Shown: positions 39,080 to 50,749 of the stretch, in pieces
How the letters are laid out: every line of letters begins with the position of its first letter
Position numbering within the stretch: position 1 is the stretch's first letter
Assembly: GCF_028641065.1 (NCBI RefSeq)
Contig: NC_073389.1
Span: 62,001 to 126,000 of the forward strand
Direction: 5' to 3'
DNA: 64,000 nt
Source: Leucoraja erinacea
Taxonomy: Eukaryota
Position numbers and translations under genes: made by a program
The notes under the pieces: model-generated
Databases searched by the model: none
What the model was told of the DNA's origin: nothing
The model's input: the letters and a program-made list of their open reading frames with translations, nothing else

Positions 39080-40255
39080 TGTATTTGAGCATTGGGCATT
39101 GTGACATCACACGATGGAACGTTCACCAGGGGCTGGGGCTGGTGCTGCTTCTATGGGTGAGAAGCCAGTTTATTTTTTAAATATTGGGAGGGGAGGGGGG
39201 GGGGGGGGGGGGGGGGGGGGGTGAAGGATTTAATTAAAAAAACGTGTACTTAAACATGACAAAATGTAATGAGGAGCGGATACTTTGAAAGAAATGTGAA
39301 ATCTCTACCGAAATGGAAAAGATGTGGGCGATTCTGCATCTGGTTTCAGAGTTGCAGGGAATCAAAGGAAGAAACACGGCCGGAAGTCTTACGTGCAAAT
39401 GGATCCATTCCGATTGGACGTCTGCGAGCGTCGGGCATCACGATTGGACGTCCGCGAGCACGGGCATTGTGACATCGCACGGCGGGAACGAATCGAAAGG
39501 CAGGAAGGGCGCCGGACGGCAGGCGGTCGGATGGGACGAGAGTTTTATATATTAACTAGACCAAGTGCAGACCCGTTGAGTCTGTTTCGCTAACGGCGTT
39601 TGCGGGGGGGGGCTGCGGCATCACACTCACATTAACCACCCCCCAAACACACAGGTGGAGGGAGGGGAGGTGAGAAGAGGGGCGGGAGGGGAGAGGAGGA
39701 GAAGGAAACGGGACAGATTTGGGAGGGAAAGTAGAGCGGGGTAGGAGATGAGAGGGGGATGGGGAGAGAGACGTGGGGGAGGATGAGATGGGGAGGGGAG
39801 TGGGGGATGTAGGGAGGGGAAGGAGTGGGGAGAGAGGAGGGCGAAGGAGGGTGAGAAGAAGAACAGTGTACTGGTGGAAGAGGGACAGAGTGTTAGGGGA
39901 AGGGAGGCAGGGGGAGAGAGGGAAGGGGGTGGGGTAGAGAGGGAAGGGGGGGTCGGGGAGGAATGAGGGGGAGAGGAGTGGGGAGGGAGGGGTAGGGGAG
40001 TTTAGGGAAGAGGGACGGAGTGGAGGAAGAGGAACAGAGGGGTAGGGGTGGGCGAGAGAGGCGAGAGAAGAGGGAGGGAAGGGATAGAATAGAGAGGGGT
40101 GGAGGAGGAAGAGCGGTGGGGTAAGGGGAAAGAAGTGGTAGAGTGGGGAGGGAGGGGTAGGGGAGTGGTGGAAGAGGGACAGAGCGGTATGGGGGAAGGG
40201 GGCGTGGGGAGAGAGGGGTGGGTGTGAGAGGGAGAGGAGTGAGGAGGGGGAAACA
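39080..40255 (-). mobile_element. Inverted Helitron head-to-tail junction
   Basis: On the minus strand, hairpin + CACTTGGT-CTAG (39559-39556) is directly followed by TTAATATATAAAACTCTCG, the head of the next unit. Confidence 0.75.
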
Positions 40256-42340
40256 TAGAACCATAGAAATTAAGTGCAGGAGTAGGCCATTCGGCCCTTC
40301 GAGCCTGCACCACCATTCAATATGATCGTGGCTGATCATCCAACTCAGTATCCTGCACCTGCCTTCTCTCCATACCCCCTGATCCCTTTAGCCACAAGGG
40401 TCACATCTAACTCCCTCTTAAATATAGCAACTACCTTCTGTGGCAGAGAATTCCACAGATTCACCACTCTGTGTGTAAAAAATGATTTTCTCATCTCGGT
40501 CCTAAAAGATTTCCCCCTTATCCTTAAACTGTGACCCCTTGTTCTGGACTTCCACAACATCAGAAAGAATCTTCCTGCATCTAGCCTGTCCAACCCCGTA
40601 AGAATTTTGTAAGTTTCTATAAGATCCCCCCTCAATCTTCTAAATTCTAGCGGGTACAAGCCGAGTCTATCCAATTTTTCTTCATATGAAAGTCCTGACA
40701 TCCCAGGAATCAGTCTGGTGAACATTCTCTGTACTCCATCTATGGCAGGAATGTCTTTCCTCATATTAGGAGACCACAGCTGTACACAATACTCCATGTG
40801 TGGTCTCACCAACACCCTGTACATCTGCAGTCGAACCTACCTGCTCCTATACTCAAATCCTTTTGCTATGAAAGCCAACATACCATTCGCTTTCTTCACT
40901 GCCTGCTGCACCTGCATTCCAACTTTCAATGACTGGTGTACCATGATACCCAGGTCTCGTTGCATCTCCCCTTTTCCTTATCGACCACACTTCTGATAAT
41001 AATCTACTTTCCTGTTTTTGCCACCAAAGAGGATGACCTCACATGTATCCACATTATACTGCATCTTCCATGCATTTGCCCACTCACTCAGCCTATCCAA
41101 GTCACCTTGCAGCCTCCTCACAGCTAACACTGCCCCCCAGCTTCATGTCATCCGCAAACTTGGAGATGTTGCATTCAATTCCCTCGTCCAAATCATTAAT
41201 ATACATTGTAAATAGCTGGGGTCCCAGCACTGAGCCTTGCAGTACCCCACTAGTCACTGCCTGTCATTGTGAAAAGGACCTGTTTACTCCTACTCTTTGC
41301 TTCCTGTCTGCCAGCCAGTTCTCTATCCACATCAATACTGAACCCCCAATACCGTGTGCTTTAAGTTTGTATAATAATCTCTTATGTGGGACCTTGTCAA
41401 AAGCCTTCTGAAAGTCCAGATATAACACATCCACTGGTTCTCCCTTATCCACTCTACTAGTTACATCCTCGAAAAATTCTATAAGATTCGTCAGACATGA
41501 TTTATCTTTCATAAATCCATGCTGACATTTTTGTCCAAAGATTTCGCCACTTTCCAAATGTGCGGCTATCCCATCTTTAATAACTGACTCTAGCAGTTTC
41601 CCCACTACCAATGTTAGACTAACTGGTCTGTAATTCCCTGTTTTCTCTCTCCCTCCCTTCTTAAATAGTGGGGTTACATTAGCTACCCTCCAATCTTCAG
41701 GAACTACACCAGAATCTAAAGAATTTTGAAAAAGTATCACCAATGCATCCACTATTTCTGGGGCTACTTCCTTAAGTACTCTGGGATGCAGCCTATGTGG
41801 CCCTGGGGATTTATCGGCCTTTAATCCATTCAATTTACCTACCACTTCCCGGCTAACCTGGATTTCACTTAGTTCCTCCATCTCATTTGACCCCCCCCCC
41901 TCCTCTGCTATTTCCGGCAGATTATTTATGTCTTCCTTAATGAGGACAGAACCAAATTAGTTATTCAATTGGTCTGCCATATCCTTGTTCCTCGTGATCA
42001 ATTCACCTGTATCCAATTGCAAGGGACCTAAATTTGTTTTAACTAATCTTTTCTCTTCACATATCTATAAAACTTTTGCAGTCAGTTTTTATGTTCTCTG
42101 CCAGTTTTCTTTCATAATCTATTTCCCTTTCCTAATTAAGCATTTTGTCCTCCTCTACTGGACTCTGAATTTCTCCCAGTCCTCTGGTAGCCTGCTTTTT
42201 CTGGCTAATTTGTATGCTTCATCTTTTGTTTTGATACTATCCCTGATTTCCCTTGTTATCCACGGATGCACTACCTTCCCTGGTTTATTCTTTTGCCAAA
42301 CTGGGATGAACAATTGTTGTAGTTCATCCATGCAGTCTTT
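40255..42340 (-). mobile_element. CR1 LINE ORF2 remnant of about 2.1 kb
   Basis: ORFs 41264..41881 (KSPGP, NYRPVSLT, YLDFQKAFDKVPH) and 40345..40824, followed by the CR1 3' UTR and tail. Confidence 0.9.
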
Positions 42341-42479
42341 AATGTTTCGGGTTGGGTCCTAATCATGTTCTCTAGAGATGCTGCCTGAGCCGCTGAGTTA
42401 CTTCATCATTTTTTCTTGTATACCAGCATCTTCAGTTCCTCGTTTCCACAAATGTACGAAGAGTTGTTTCACTGAACTA

Positions 42480-42604
42480 CCGTCCAATCTGCGGTCGATC
42501 TGACGCACAGCAGCGCAGAAAAACGCGCAGCGGTTGTGAATTCTGCAGAATGACCAGCGGCTCCGTGTGATCCGTGTCTCGGCACTTCCTTCACCAAAAT
42601 CAAA
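42480..42604 (+). promoter_or_regulatory. Candidate TATA-less promoter/5' UTR of gene B with ETS, RUNX and CCAAT motifs
   Basis: CpG-containing non-repeat segment just before the leader ATG: CCAAT at 42484-42488, TGCGGT (RUNX-type) at 42490-42495, CACTTCCT (ETS/PU.1-type) at 42583-42590. Short motif matches only. Confidence 0.4.
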
Positions 42605-42653
42605 ATGTCATCGTTTGCAAAATTCATCTTGGCACTCTGCCTCTTTCTCCCAG
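42605..42653 (+). CDS. Gene B exon 1: signal peptide (MSSFAKFILALCLFLP-G)
   Basis: ATG in good context (caaaATG), hydrophobic leader, consensus phase-1 donor CCAG|gtaagt. Confidence 0.85.
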
Positions 42654-43329
42654 GTAAGTCATTCATGTTCACCCTTGCCAACCTCTGTTCACGTTTTCTT
42701 CCTATAACTTGTTTCTATGGCTTTTGCATTAATGTTTGTTGCTTCTTTGCCGCCTTTTTTAAATGTCTTGTGTAATTTATGTTCAATTTGTTTTTGAATA
42801 TGTTTGTTTCAGTGTATGTGCATGTGATGCTGTTGCAAGCAAATTTTTAATTTAGTCTCAAAAGCAGAAATTGCAAATGCAGGTAAAATAAGTTTATGTC
42901 AGACAAGTTAACAAGACTAAGTTTAAGCGAAGGATTCCGACCCAAAACGTCACCCGTCATTTTTCTCCAGAGATGCTGCCTGACCCACTGAGTTACTCTT
43001 GCACCTTGTGTCTATCTTTAATATAAGCCACACAAGGAACTGTAGATTAATGTAAGTTTACATGAGGACGTTAACACAAATAAATCTAAGAGACACAAGA
43101 AGTGCAGATGCTGGAATCTTGAACAAAACACAGTACTGGAGTAACTCAGCGGTTCAGGCAGCATCTCTGGAGAACATGGACAGATGACGTTTCGCGTCGC
43201 GACCTTTCTTCAGATATGTTCGCCAGAGATTCTGCCAGCGCCGCTGCGTTTCTCCAGCACTTTGTGTCTGTCTTCGATATAGATCAGCATCTGCAGTTCC
43301 TTCCAACACAAGTGGTTACAGGTGAGAGA

Positions 43330-43361
<32 letters not shown>

Positions 43362-43447
43362 GCCTGGACCTCACTGTCCTTGTGCCCATGATAGTAAACT
43401 CGAGTTACTCGGAAGACGTCGTTAACTATGTTCACTTTCCGTGCCAG

Positions 43448-43783
43448 GGTCCGCTGTCGGTGTGAGGGTGAATCAGTCTCCTGCTGCTCTGACACGTCTC
43501 CGAGGACAGACAGCTACGTTCACCTGCTCCCTGCTTCCCGGAGAGGGGGAGGTAGTTTTAATGAGGCAATTCTGGTTTCGGGCGAAAGACAATCCGGAGC
43601 TCTGGGACAACAAGACCGAGAGTTTTCTGAAGACAGGCGGCCGACTGTCCGTGTCTCCGGGCTCGCTGGTCATTCGGGAGGTGACTGTGCACGATGCAGA
43701 CACTTACCATTGTGTGGTGCTGATAGATGATACATTCCCCTGGAAAACGTTTACAGGAAACGGAACCACATTACATATCCAAG
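43448..43783 (+). CDS. Gene B exon 2: germline-joined VJ-type IgV domain (NKp30/NCR3-, CD28-family-like)
   Basis: Acceptor ttcactttccgtgccag|GG and donor CAAG|gtaatt; 336 nt, phase 1/1. Translation GSAVGVRVNQSPAALTRLRGQTATFTCSLL...FWFR...GRLSVSPGSLVIREVTVHDADTYHCVVLIDDTFPWKTFTGNGTTLHIQ. Shows Q-S-P, B-strand Cys, WFR, D-x-x-x-Y-x-C and a J-like G-N-G-T-x-L in the same exon. Confidence 0.92.
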
Positions 43784-44467
43784 GTAATTAATATAGAACA
43801 TACAACAGGAACAGGCCCTTCAGCCCACTATGTTCGTGCGGCCCATGAGGCCAAGTTAAACATCCTTGAATATTCATGTGTCTATCCAAAAGTCTCTTAA
43901 ACTCTACGATCGTATCTGCCTCCACAGCCACTCCGAGATCTGATGCGATGGGGCTGGTGAATCACACGAACCCCAAGTTCCCTAAACCGAAACGCCGCCT
44001 GTCCATTCTCTCCACAGATGCGGCCTTAACCGCTGAGTTCCTCCAGCATTTTGTGTTTTGCTTAAGACTGCAGCGCCTGCAGTTCCACCTGCATTTCATC
44101 TCTCTCTATTAATGCTCATTTTCCGGCACAAACCAACCCAGTCTGACAAAGGGTCCCGAACTTAAACGTCATATATCCATGATTTCCAGAGATGCTGCCT
44201 GACCCGCTGAGTTACTCCAGCGCTTTGAGTCTAACTTTGGTAAAAATAAACCTCGCATCTACAGTTCCCCCTGTCTCCCTAATGATTCAAAATAGATAAT
44301 GAAAACAACCTCAACCTCGGTCGCAGTGTTTATATTCCCAACAGTTCTAGTGCTGGCATTTAATTCTCTTGATTTCCTTACAAGGAGGGAGTGTGGAAAC
44401 AAAAGCCTCTTTGTTTCTCTCAGTTTTCTCTAGTTTCCCTCTTGACATGACCGGCTGAAGGCGTCAA

Positions 44468-45195
44468 GGTGGGAAAAGGAGAAGTACAACGGGATCTGGG
44501 GGCCCTTGTTCATCAGTCTATGAAAGTAAGCATGCGGGTACAGCAGGCAGTGAAGAAAGCGATTGTTGGCCTTTATAACAAGAGGAATAGAATATGGGAG
44601 CAAAGAAGCCCTTCTGCAGTTGTACAGAATCCTAGTGAGACCACACCTGGAGTATTGTGTGCAGTTTTGGTCCCCTAATTTGAGGAAGGACATTCTTGCT
44701 ATTGAGGGAGTGCAGCGTTGGTTTACAAGGTTAATTCCCGGGATGGCGATATGCTGAGAGAATGGAGCGGCTGGGCTTGTACACTCTGGAGTTTAGAAGG
44801 ATGAGAGGGCATCTCATTGAAACATATAAGGGTTGTTAAGGGCTTGGACACGTTAGAGGCAGGAAACCTGTTCCCGATGTTGGGGGAGTCCAGAACCAAA
44901 GGGCCACAGTTTAAGAATAAGGAGCAAGCCATTTAGAACGTAGACGCGGAAACACTTTTTCTCACAGAGAGTGGTGAGTCTGTGGAATTATCTGCCCTCT
45001 GAGGGCGGTGGAGGCAGGTTCTCTGAATGCTTTCTAGTGAGAGCTAGATAGGGCTCTTAAAAATAGCGGAGTCAGGGGATATGGGGAGAAGGCAGGAACG
45101 GGGTACTGATTGGGGATGATCAGCTGTGATCACATTGAATGGCAGTGCTGGCTGGAAGGGCTAAATGGCCTACTCCTGCACCTATTGTCTATTGA
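44468..45195 (+). mobile_element. 5'-truncated CR1 in gene B intron 2
   Basis: LVRPHLEYCVQFWSP motif, CR1 3' UTR and ctattgt tail. Confidence 0.85.
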
Positions 45196-47027
45196 GTAAC
45201 AGCGGGTCAGGCAGCATATCTGGAGATCATAGATAGGTGACGTCTCAGTACGGGGCCCTGCTATAGACTGTGAGAGAGGTTATTACAGAACTTCTGTCGG
45301 AGAGAGGAGGATAACTTCTTCAAAGAAGGCATACCTTGAGGAATTTCACAGCGGAGCAGTCAAATGTAGACACTGGTTTATACCACTCAACGGGTCAGGC
45401 AGCACCTCTGTAGATCATGGATAGGTGACGTTTAGGGTCAGGGCCCTTCGTCAGCCTGGGTTAGTTTGTGCCTCAACGTGCACATTAATAGAGAGAAATA
45501 AAATGCAGGAAGGGAAATAAATAGAAGTGGAGACGGGGAACTGCAGGCGCTGGAGTCTTAAGCAAAACACAAAGTAACGGGGAACTCGGCGGTTAAGGCA
45601 GCATTCGTGGAGGTTTGGTGTTGGGGAACTTGGGACGTGTGTGAGGTCCCCAGCCCACCGTATCAGCGGACAGTGGGAGTGGTCGCACACATCCCTAACG
45701 CTTCATTGAAGGGAGGCAGCTACAATGCAAACGTGCGGCCGCTCTCCCATCGCCCACGGGCTGCGAGAGGGAGCCCGACCCGCTCAGACTCTGTTAAATA
45801 ATTCTGGCAACGTGAATCCATCTTCTGACCAATCTGGGCCGGACAGTACCAGTTGTAAAAGATAAGAAAGAAAATGCTGGAGCTACTCATCGGGTCGGTC
45901 CGTATCTGTGTGGGGGATAATTTACCGATTCACATTGAAGGCTTCCAGCCGAAACCCTGACTCTGAGACACAGGGAACTGGATGGGCTGGTTAAAACAAA
46001 GACGCAAAGTGCTGGAGTAATTCATCGAGTCAGGCAGCATCTCTGGAGAACATGGACCGTTATTCTCTTCTCACGAATCAGGCCTGTCCGGCTGAATATT
46101 TATATGTTCTGTTTTAGATGTCCATCATCGGCTTGGATTTAGTTTACCGTCTACATATTCACTTCCATTTCATGCATTAAAACACACAAAGTGCTGGAGG
46201 AACTCGGCGGGTCCGGCAGCATCTGAATGGACAGGCGACGATTCAGACCGAAGAATGGTCCAGATCCGAAACACCGTCTGTCCATTCCCCCCGCAGATGT
46301 ACCTGGCTCGCTGAGTTCCTCCAGCACTTTGTGTTGGACAATAGACAATAGGTGCAGGAGTGGGCCGTTTGGCCCTTCGAGCTAGCACCGCCATTCACTA
46401 TGATCATGGCTGAACATCCACAGTCAGTACCCCGTTCCTGCCTTCTCCTCATATCCATGGACTCCGCTATCTTTAAGAGTTCTATAACTCTCTCTTGAAA
46501 GCATCCAGAGAATTGGCCTCCACTGCCTTCTGAGGCAGAGAATTCCGCAGATTCACAACTCTCTGGGAGAAATGTTTTTCCTCATCTCCATTCTAAATAG
46601 CTTACTCCTTATTCTTAAAAATTCCAGCATCTCCAATTCCTTGTCTCCACTTCCATTTCATTCGCTTCCTGTATTTTTCTCTCTTATTGTGCATTTTGAG
46701 AGACAGACTGAAGAGATGTAGTCTGTAGATGTAACCCGACCCGAAACATCACACATCATCCATGAAGAGTTACTCCAGCACTTTGTGTCTCGTCAACTAT
46801 CTATGTTCTCCACAGATGCCGCCTGACCCTCTGAGTTACTCCAGTACTTGTGCCTTTCTTTGGTATAAACCAGCGTTTGCAGCTCCTCTTTATTCCGCTA
46901 ATAATCCATTGAATAACTTGGTTGCTCCTTAAGCAGGTGCACGGCGTGCCGTGTTATCATAGTTGCTCCATGCATGACTGAGAGCGACAGGAAGATTCAC
47001 AGCGTGTTATTTTCCTACTTTACGCAG

Positions 47028-47327
47028 CGAAGCCTGACATCTCCCTGACCCTGGATCCCGGGGTAAAAGGCGCAGAGACGCGGAGCCTGATTTGTGTGGC
47101 CGCCGGATTCTTCCCGAGGGAGCTGAACATGTCCTGGGCTGTCGTGGGCCAGTTGTCCTATGAAACAGAAGCGGGTCCGCTGAGGGAGAATGAGGATGGA
47201 AGCTTCAACGTGAGCTCCCGGCTGCGGCTCACCGGCCCTCGGCTAGAGGCGGGCATGGTCGTCACCTGCCTGGTTCAGCACCTCACCGGGACGGGCTCGG
47301 TGAGCGAACGTTTCCCTCCCATCCCAA
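47028..47327 (+). CDS. Gene B exon 3: C1-set Ig domain
   Basis: Acceptor ttttcctactttacgcag|CG and donor CCAA|gtaagt; 300 nt, phase 1/1. Translation AKPDISLTL...SLICVAAGFFPRELNMSW...ENEDGSFNVSSRLRL...VVTCLVQH.... Classic C1 motifs L-x-C-x-A-x-G-F-F-P, W, N-x-D-G-S-F and C-x-V-x-H. Confidence 0.92.
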
Positions 47328-50300
47328 GTAAGTGGCTTGAATGAACGTGGCAGCCAGCGTCCTCCAGTTACTGAATATACACAGAGTGCTGGAGTAACTC
47401 AGCGGCTCAGTTACTGCCGAGTTACTCCAACATGTTGTGTCTATCTGCGCTGTAAACTAGCATCTGCAGGTCCTTCCTACACATGCCCAAGGTTGCAAGG
47501 TTTAATAGTACATGTGTACAAATTTGTTAAACGTAGCCACAATGAACTGCTGATTCTAGATTACAAAAAAGACACAATGTGCTGAAGTAACTCAGTAGCG
47601 TCTAGCAGCATCTCTGGAGAACGTTGAACGCAATTCATAAACCTGATCAAAAGTTTATAAGATCACTCAATGTGTACAATATCAACTGCAAATATGTATT
47701 TAGACTTTCAGACTTTAGAGATACGCGGAAAAAGGCATTTCGGCCGATCAGCGATCACCTCATACACTGGGTAGGCAAAATAAATGCTGGAGGAACTCAG
47801 CGGGTGAGGCCGCATCTATGTAGAGAAGGATATGCGACGTTTCAGGTCGAAACGCTTCTTCTTAAACACATCATACACTAACACTATCCTGCGCAATGGG
47901 GACAATTTACAATTTTACCGAAGCCAATTAACCTACAAACTCGTAAGTCTTTGGAGTGTGGGAGGAAACCGGAGAACCCGGAAAAAAAACCCACGCAGGT
48001 CACGGGAAGAACGTACAGACTCCGCACATCCAACACCCGGAGTCAGGATTGAACCCGCGTCTACTGCGCTGTAAGGCAGCAACTCAAGTACAGTTCATCT
48101 GTGCATCGATATATATATATATATGTGGATATGTATATGGATATGTATATGGATGGGAAGGGAATGGAGGGTTATGGTCTGAGCGCAGGTATATGGGACT
48201 AGGGGAGATTATGTGTTCGGCATGGACTAGAAGGGTCGAGATGACCTGTTTCCGTGCTGTAATTGTTATATGGTTATATATATATCTTTTTTTTGAGTTG
48301 CTGTCTTATATATTATATATATGTATGTTTATGCATCGATGATATCAGCTCAAGATATATATATATATATATCTTTCTTCATTATTATTTGAAACATTTA
48401 CCGTTACAATACAGCGTAAGTGCTTTATCATATCAATATCAATATATTAATCATATAACAATTACAGCACGGAAACAGCCCATCTCGGCCCTACAAGTCC
48501 GTGCCGAACAACTTTTTATCCTTAGCCCACCTGCCTGCAGTCATACCATAACCCTCCATTCCCTTCTCATCCATATGCCTATCCAATTTATTTTTAAATG
48601 ATACCAACGAACCTGCCTCCACCACTTCCACTGGAAGTTCATTCCACACCGCTACCACTCTCTGAGTAAAGAAGTTCCCCCTCATGTTACCCCTAAACTT
48701 CTGTCCCTTAATTCTGAAGCCATGTCCTCTTGTTTGAATCTTCCCTATTCTCAAAGGGAAAAGCTGGTCCACATTAACTCTGTCTATCCCTCTCATCATT
48801 TTAAAATGATGACATTATTATATACATCTTGTACCCTGTATTTTAACGGTAAATGTCTCAAATAATAATGGAAGTTGAAGAAAGATGTATAAAATTGATA
48901 CTCGAGAAACTGCAGATGCTGGAATCTTGAGCAACACACAAAGAGCTGGAGGAACTCAGTATCTGTGGAGGGAATGGACATGCGTTGTTTCGGGTCGGGA
49001 CCCTTAGCTCACAGATGCTGCCTGACCCACTGAGTTCCCCCAGCACTTTGTGTTTTGCTCAAGATTCCAGCATCTGCGGTTCCTTGTGTCTGCAAATTTC
49101 ATATTGTTTAATTAATTTAATTTATTCTGCGTTCATCGACGCACAGATGAAATCTCGACAAAAGGGGTTTAGGTGAATATATAAACTATAAACAAACGCA
49201 GCGGGTCAAGCAGCATCTGTGGAGGGAATGAACAGACGACGTTTCAGACTGACGAAGGTTCCCGATCCAAACATCATCAGTCCTTTCCCTCCACAGATGC
49301 TGCCTGACCCGCTGAGTACCTCCAACACGTTGTGTTTTGCTCAAGATTCCAGCATCTGCAGTTCCTTGTATCTCCATAAACTATACACAATACTTAATTA
49401 TTTCCACTTCAATTTCGCTCCCGGTGCCCCACCGGTTATAGTGTTGCTGTTAAATCAACTTGGTTTCCTTACAAGGACAGTGGAATATGGTGGAACGGTG
49501 GGAAAATTGCTGGAGTAACTCAGCGGGTCAGGCAGCATCTCTAGAGAACATGGATAGATGATGTTTCAGGTCAGGACCCTTCTTCAGACTGAATGTTGTA
49601 TTATGAAATATTGTAATGTATACGACTCCTATGAAGGCAGCGTTGTGATGTTGCTGAATTTTCGAATTATACAAAGAGAGATAGGAACGTTGATTGTGGA
49701 TAGAATATATGAACAAGAAAATAGATGTGAAGTCTAGCATAATGTGAGGGGGAAAGCAAAATTGTATATTTTGATGAGAAAACAAAAGCTTTTTGCTGTA
49801 TCTCAGTCCACGTAACAATAAACTAAACTAAATTAAAACAAAAAAGTTAAAAAGAGTTCTGACACAGGTTTTGACCTGAAACGATGAATCTGATTTTCTC
49901 TTCACAAATGCTCATGATCTTAGGAGCATTTAAAGTTTTTATTGAGGGTGGTGTGAGCTGGATCATGCTGCCAGTGGTGGTGGGGGAGGTAGGTGCGATT
50001 TGTGGTGTTAAAGGTTAGAGGTTTTGATAGGCACATGGAATTGCAGGGAATGGAGGGATATGGATGATATGCAAACAGAGAATAGTTTAACTTGGCATCA
50101 TGTTCTTCATGGAAATTCAGGGCTGAAGGATCTGTTCCTGAATTGGTATATGTTCTACTTTAGAGTAGTTTACCTGTTTTCATTGGTCTATCTTTGGTAT
50201 AAACCAGCATCTGCATTTCGTTCCTACATTCTCTATCTATCTATCTGTCTGAAAAAGGGTTGCGACCCGAAACGTCACCTACAGTATTTCTTTTCTTTAG

Positions 50301-50749
50301 AGATGCTGACTGAACCGCTGAGTTACTACAGCACTTTGTGTCTATCTTCTGATGTTTATTTACTTTTTAAATTATTGCCACTTTTCCTCCAGAAATATCA
50401 CCCTGGAAAAAATTCCCCTGCAACCACAAGAGATGCAACACCTGTCCCTATACCATTTCCCTCGACTCCGTCCCGGGATCCCGGTAGTCCTTTCAGGTTA
50501 GGCAGAGGTTCACTTGCATCTCCAACCTCACCTCCTGTATCCGTTGTTCAAGATGTGGACTCTTATATATCAGCGAGACCAAATGTAGACTGGGCAATCA
50601 TTTCGCTGAACACCTTCTCTCAGTCCGCCTGGCCCTACCTGATCTCCCAGTTGCTAAACACATTTAATTCTCCTTCTCATTCCCGCTCTAACCTTTCTGT
50701 TCTAGGCCTCCTCCATTATCAAAGTGAGGTTAAATGGAAATTGGAGGAA

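Noticed and set aside
43448-47327. Rearranging TCR or Ig light-chain locus
   Set aside because: V and J-like segments are in one exon, no RSS or segment array was seen, and the TM is uncharged with a long ITIM-bearing tail.
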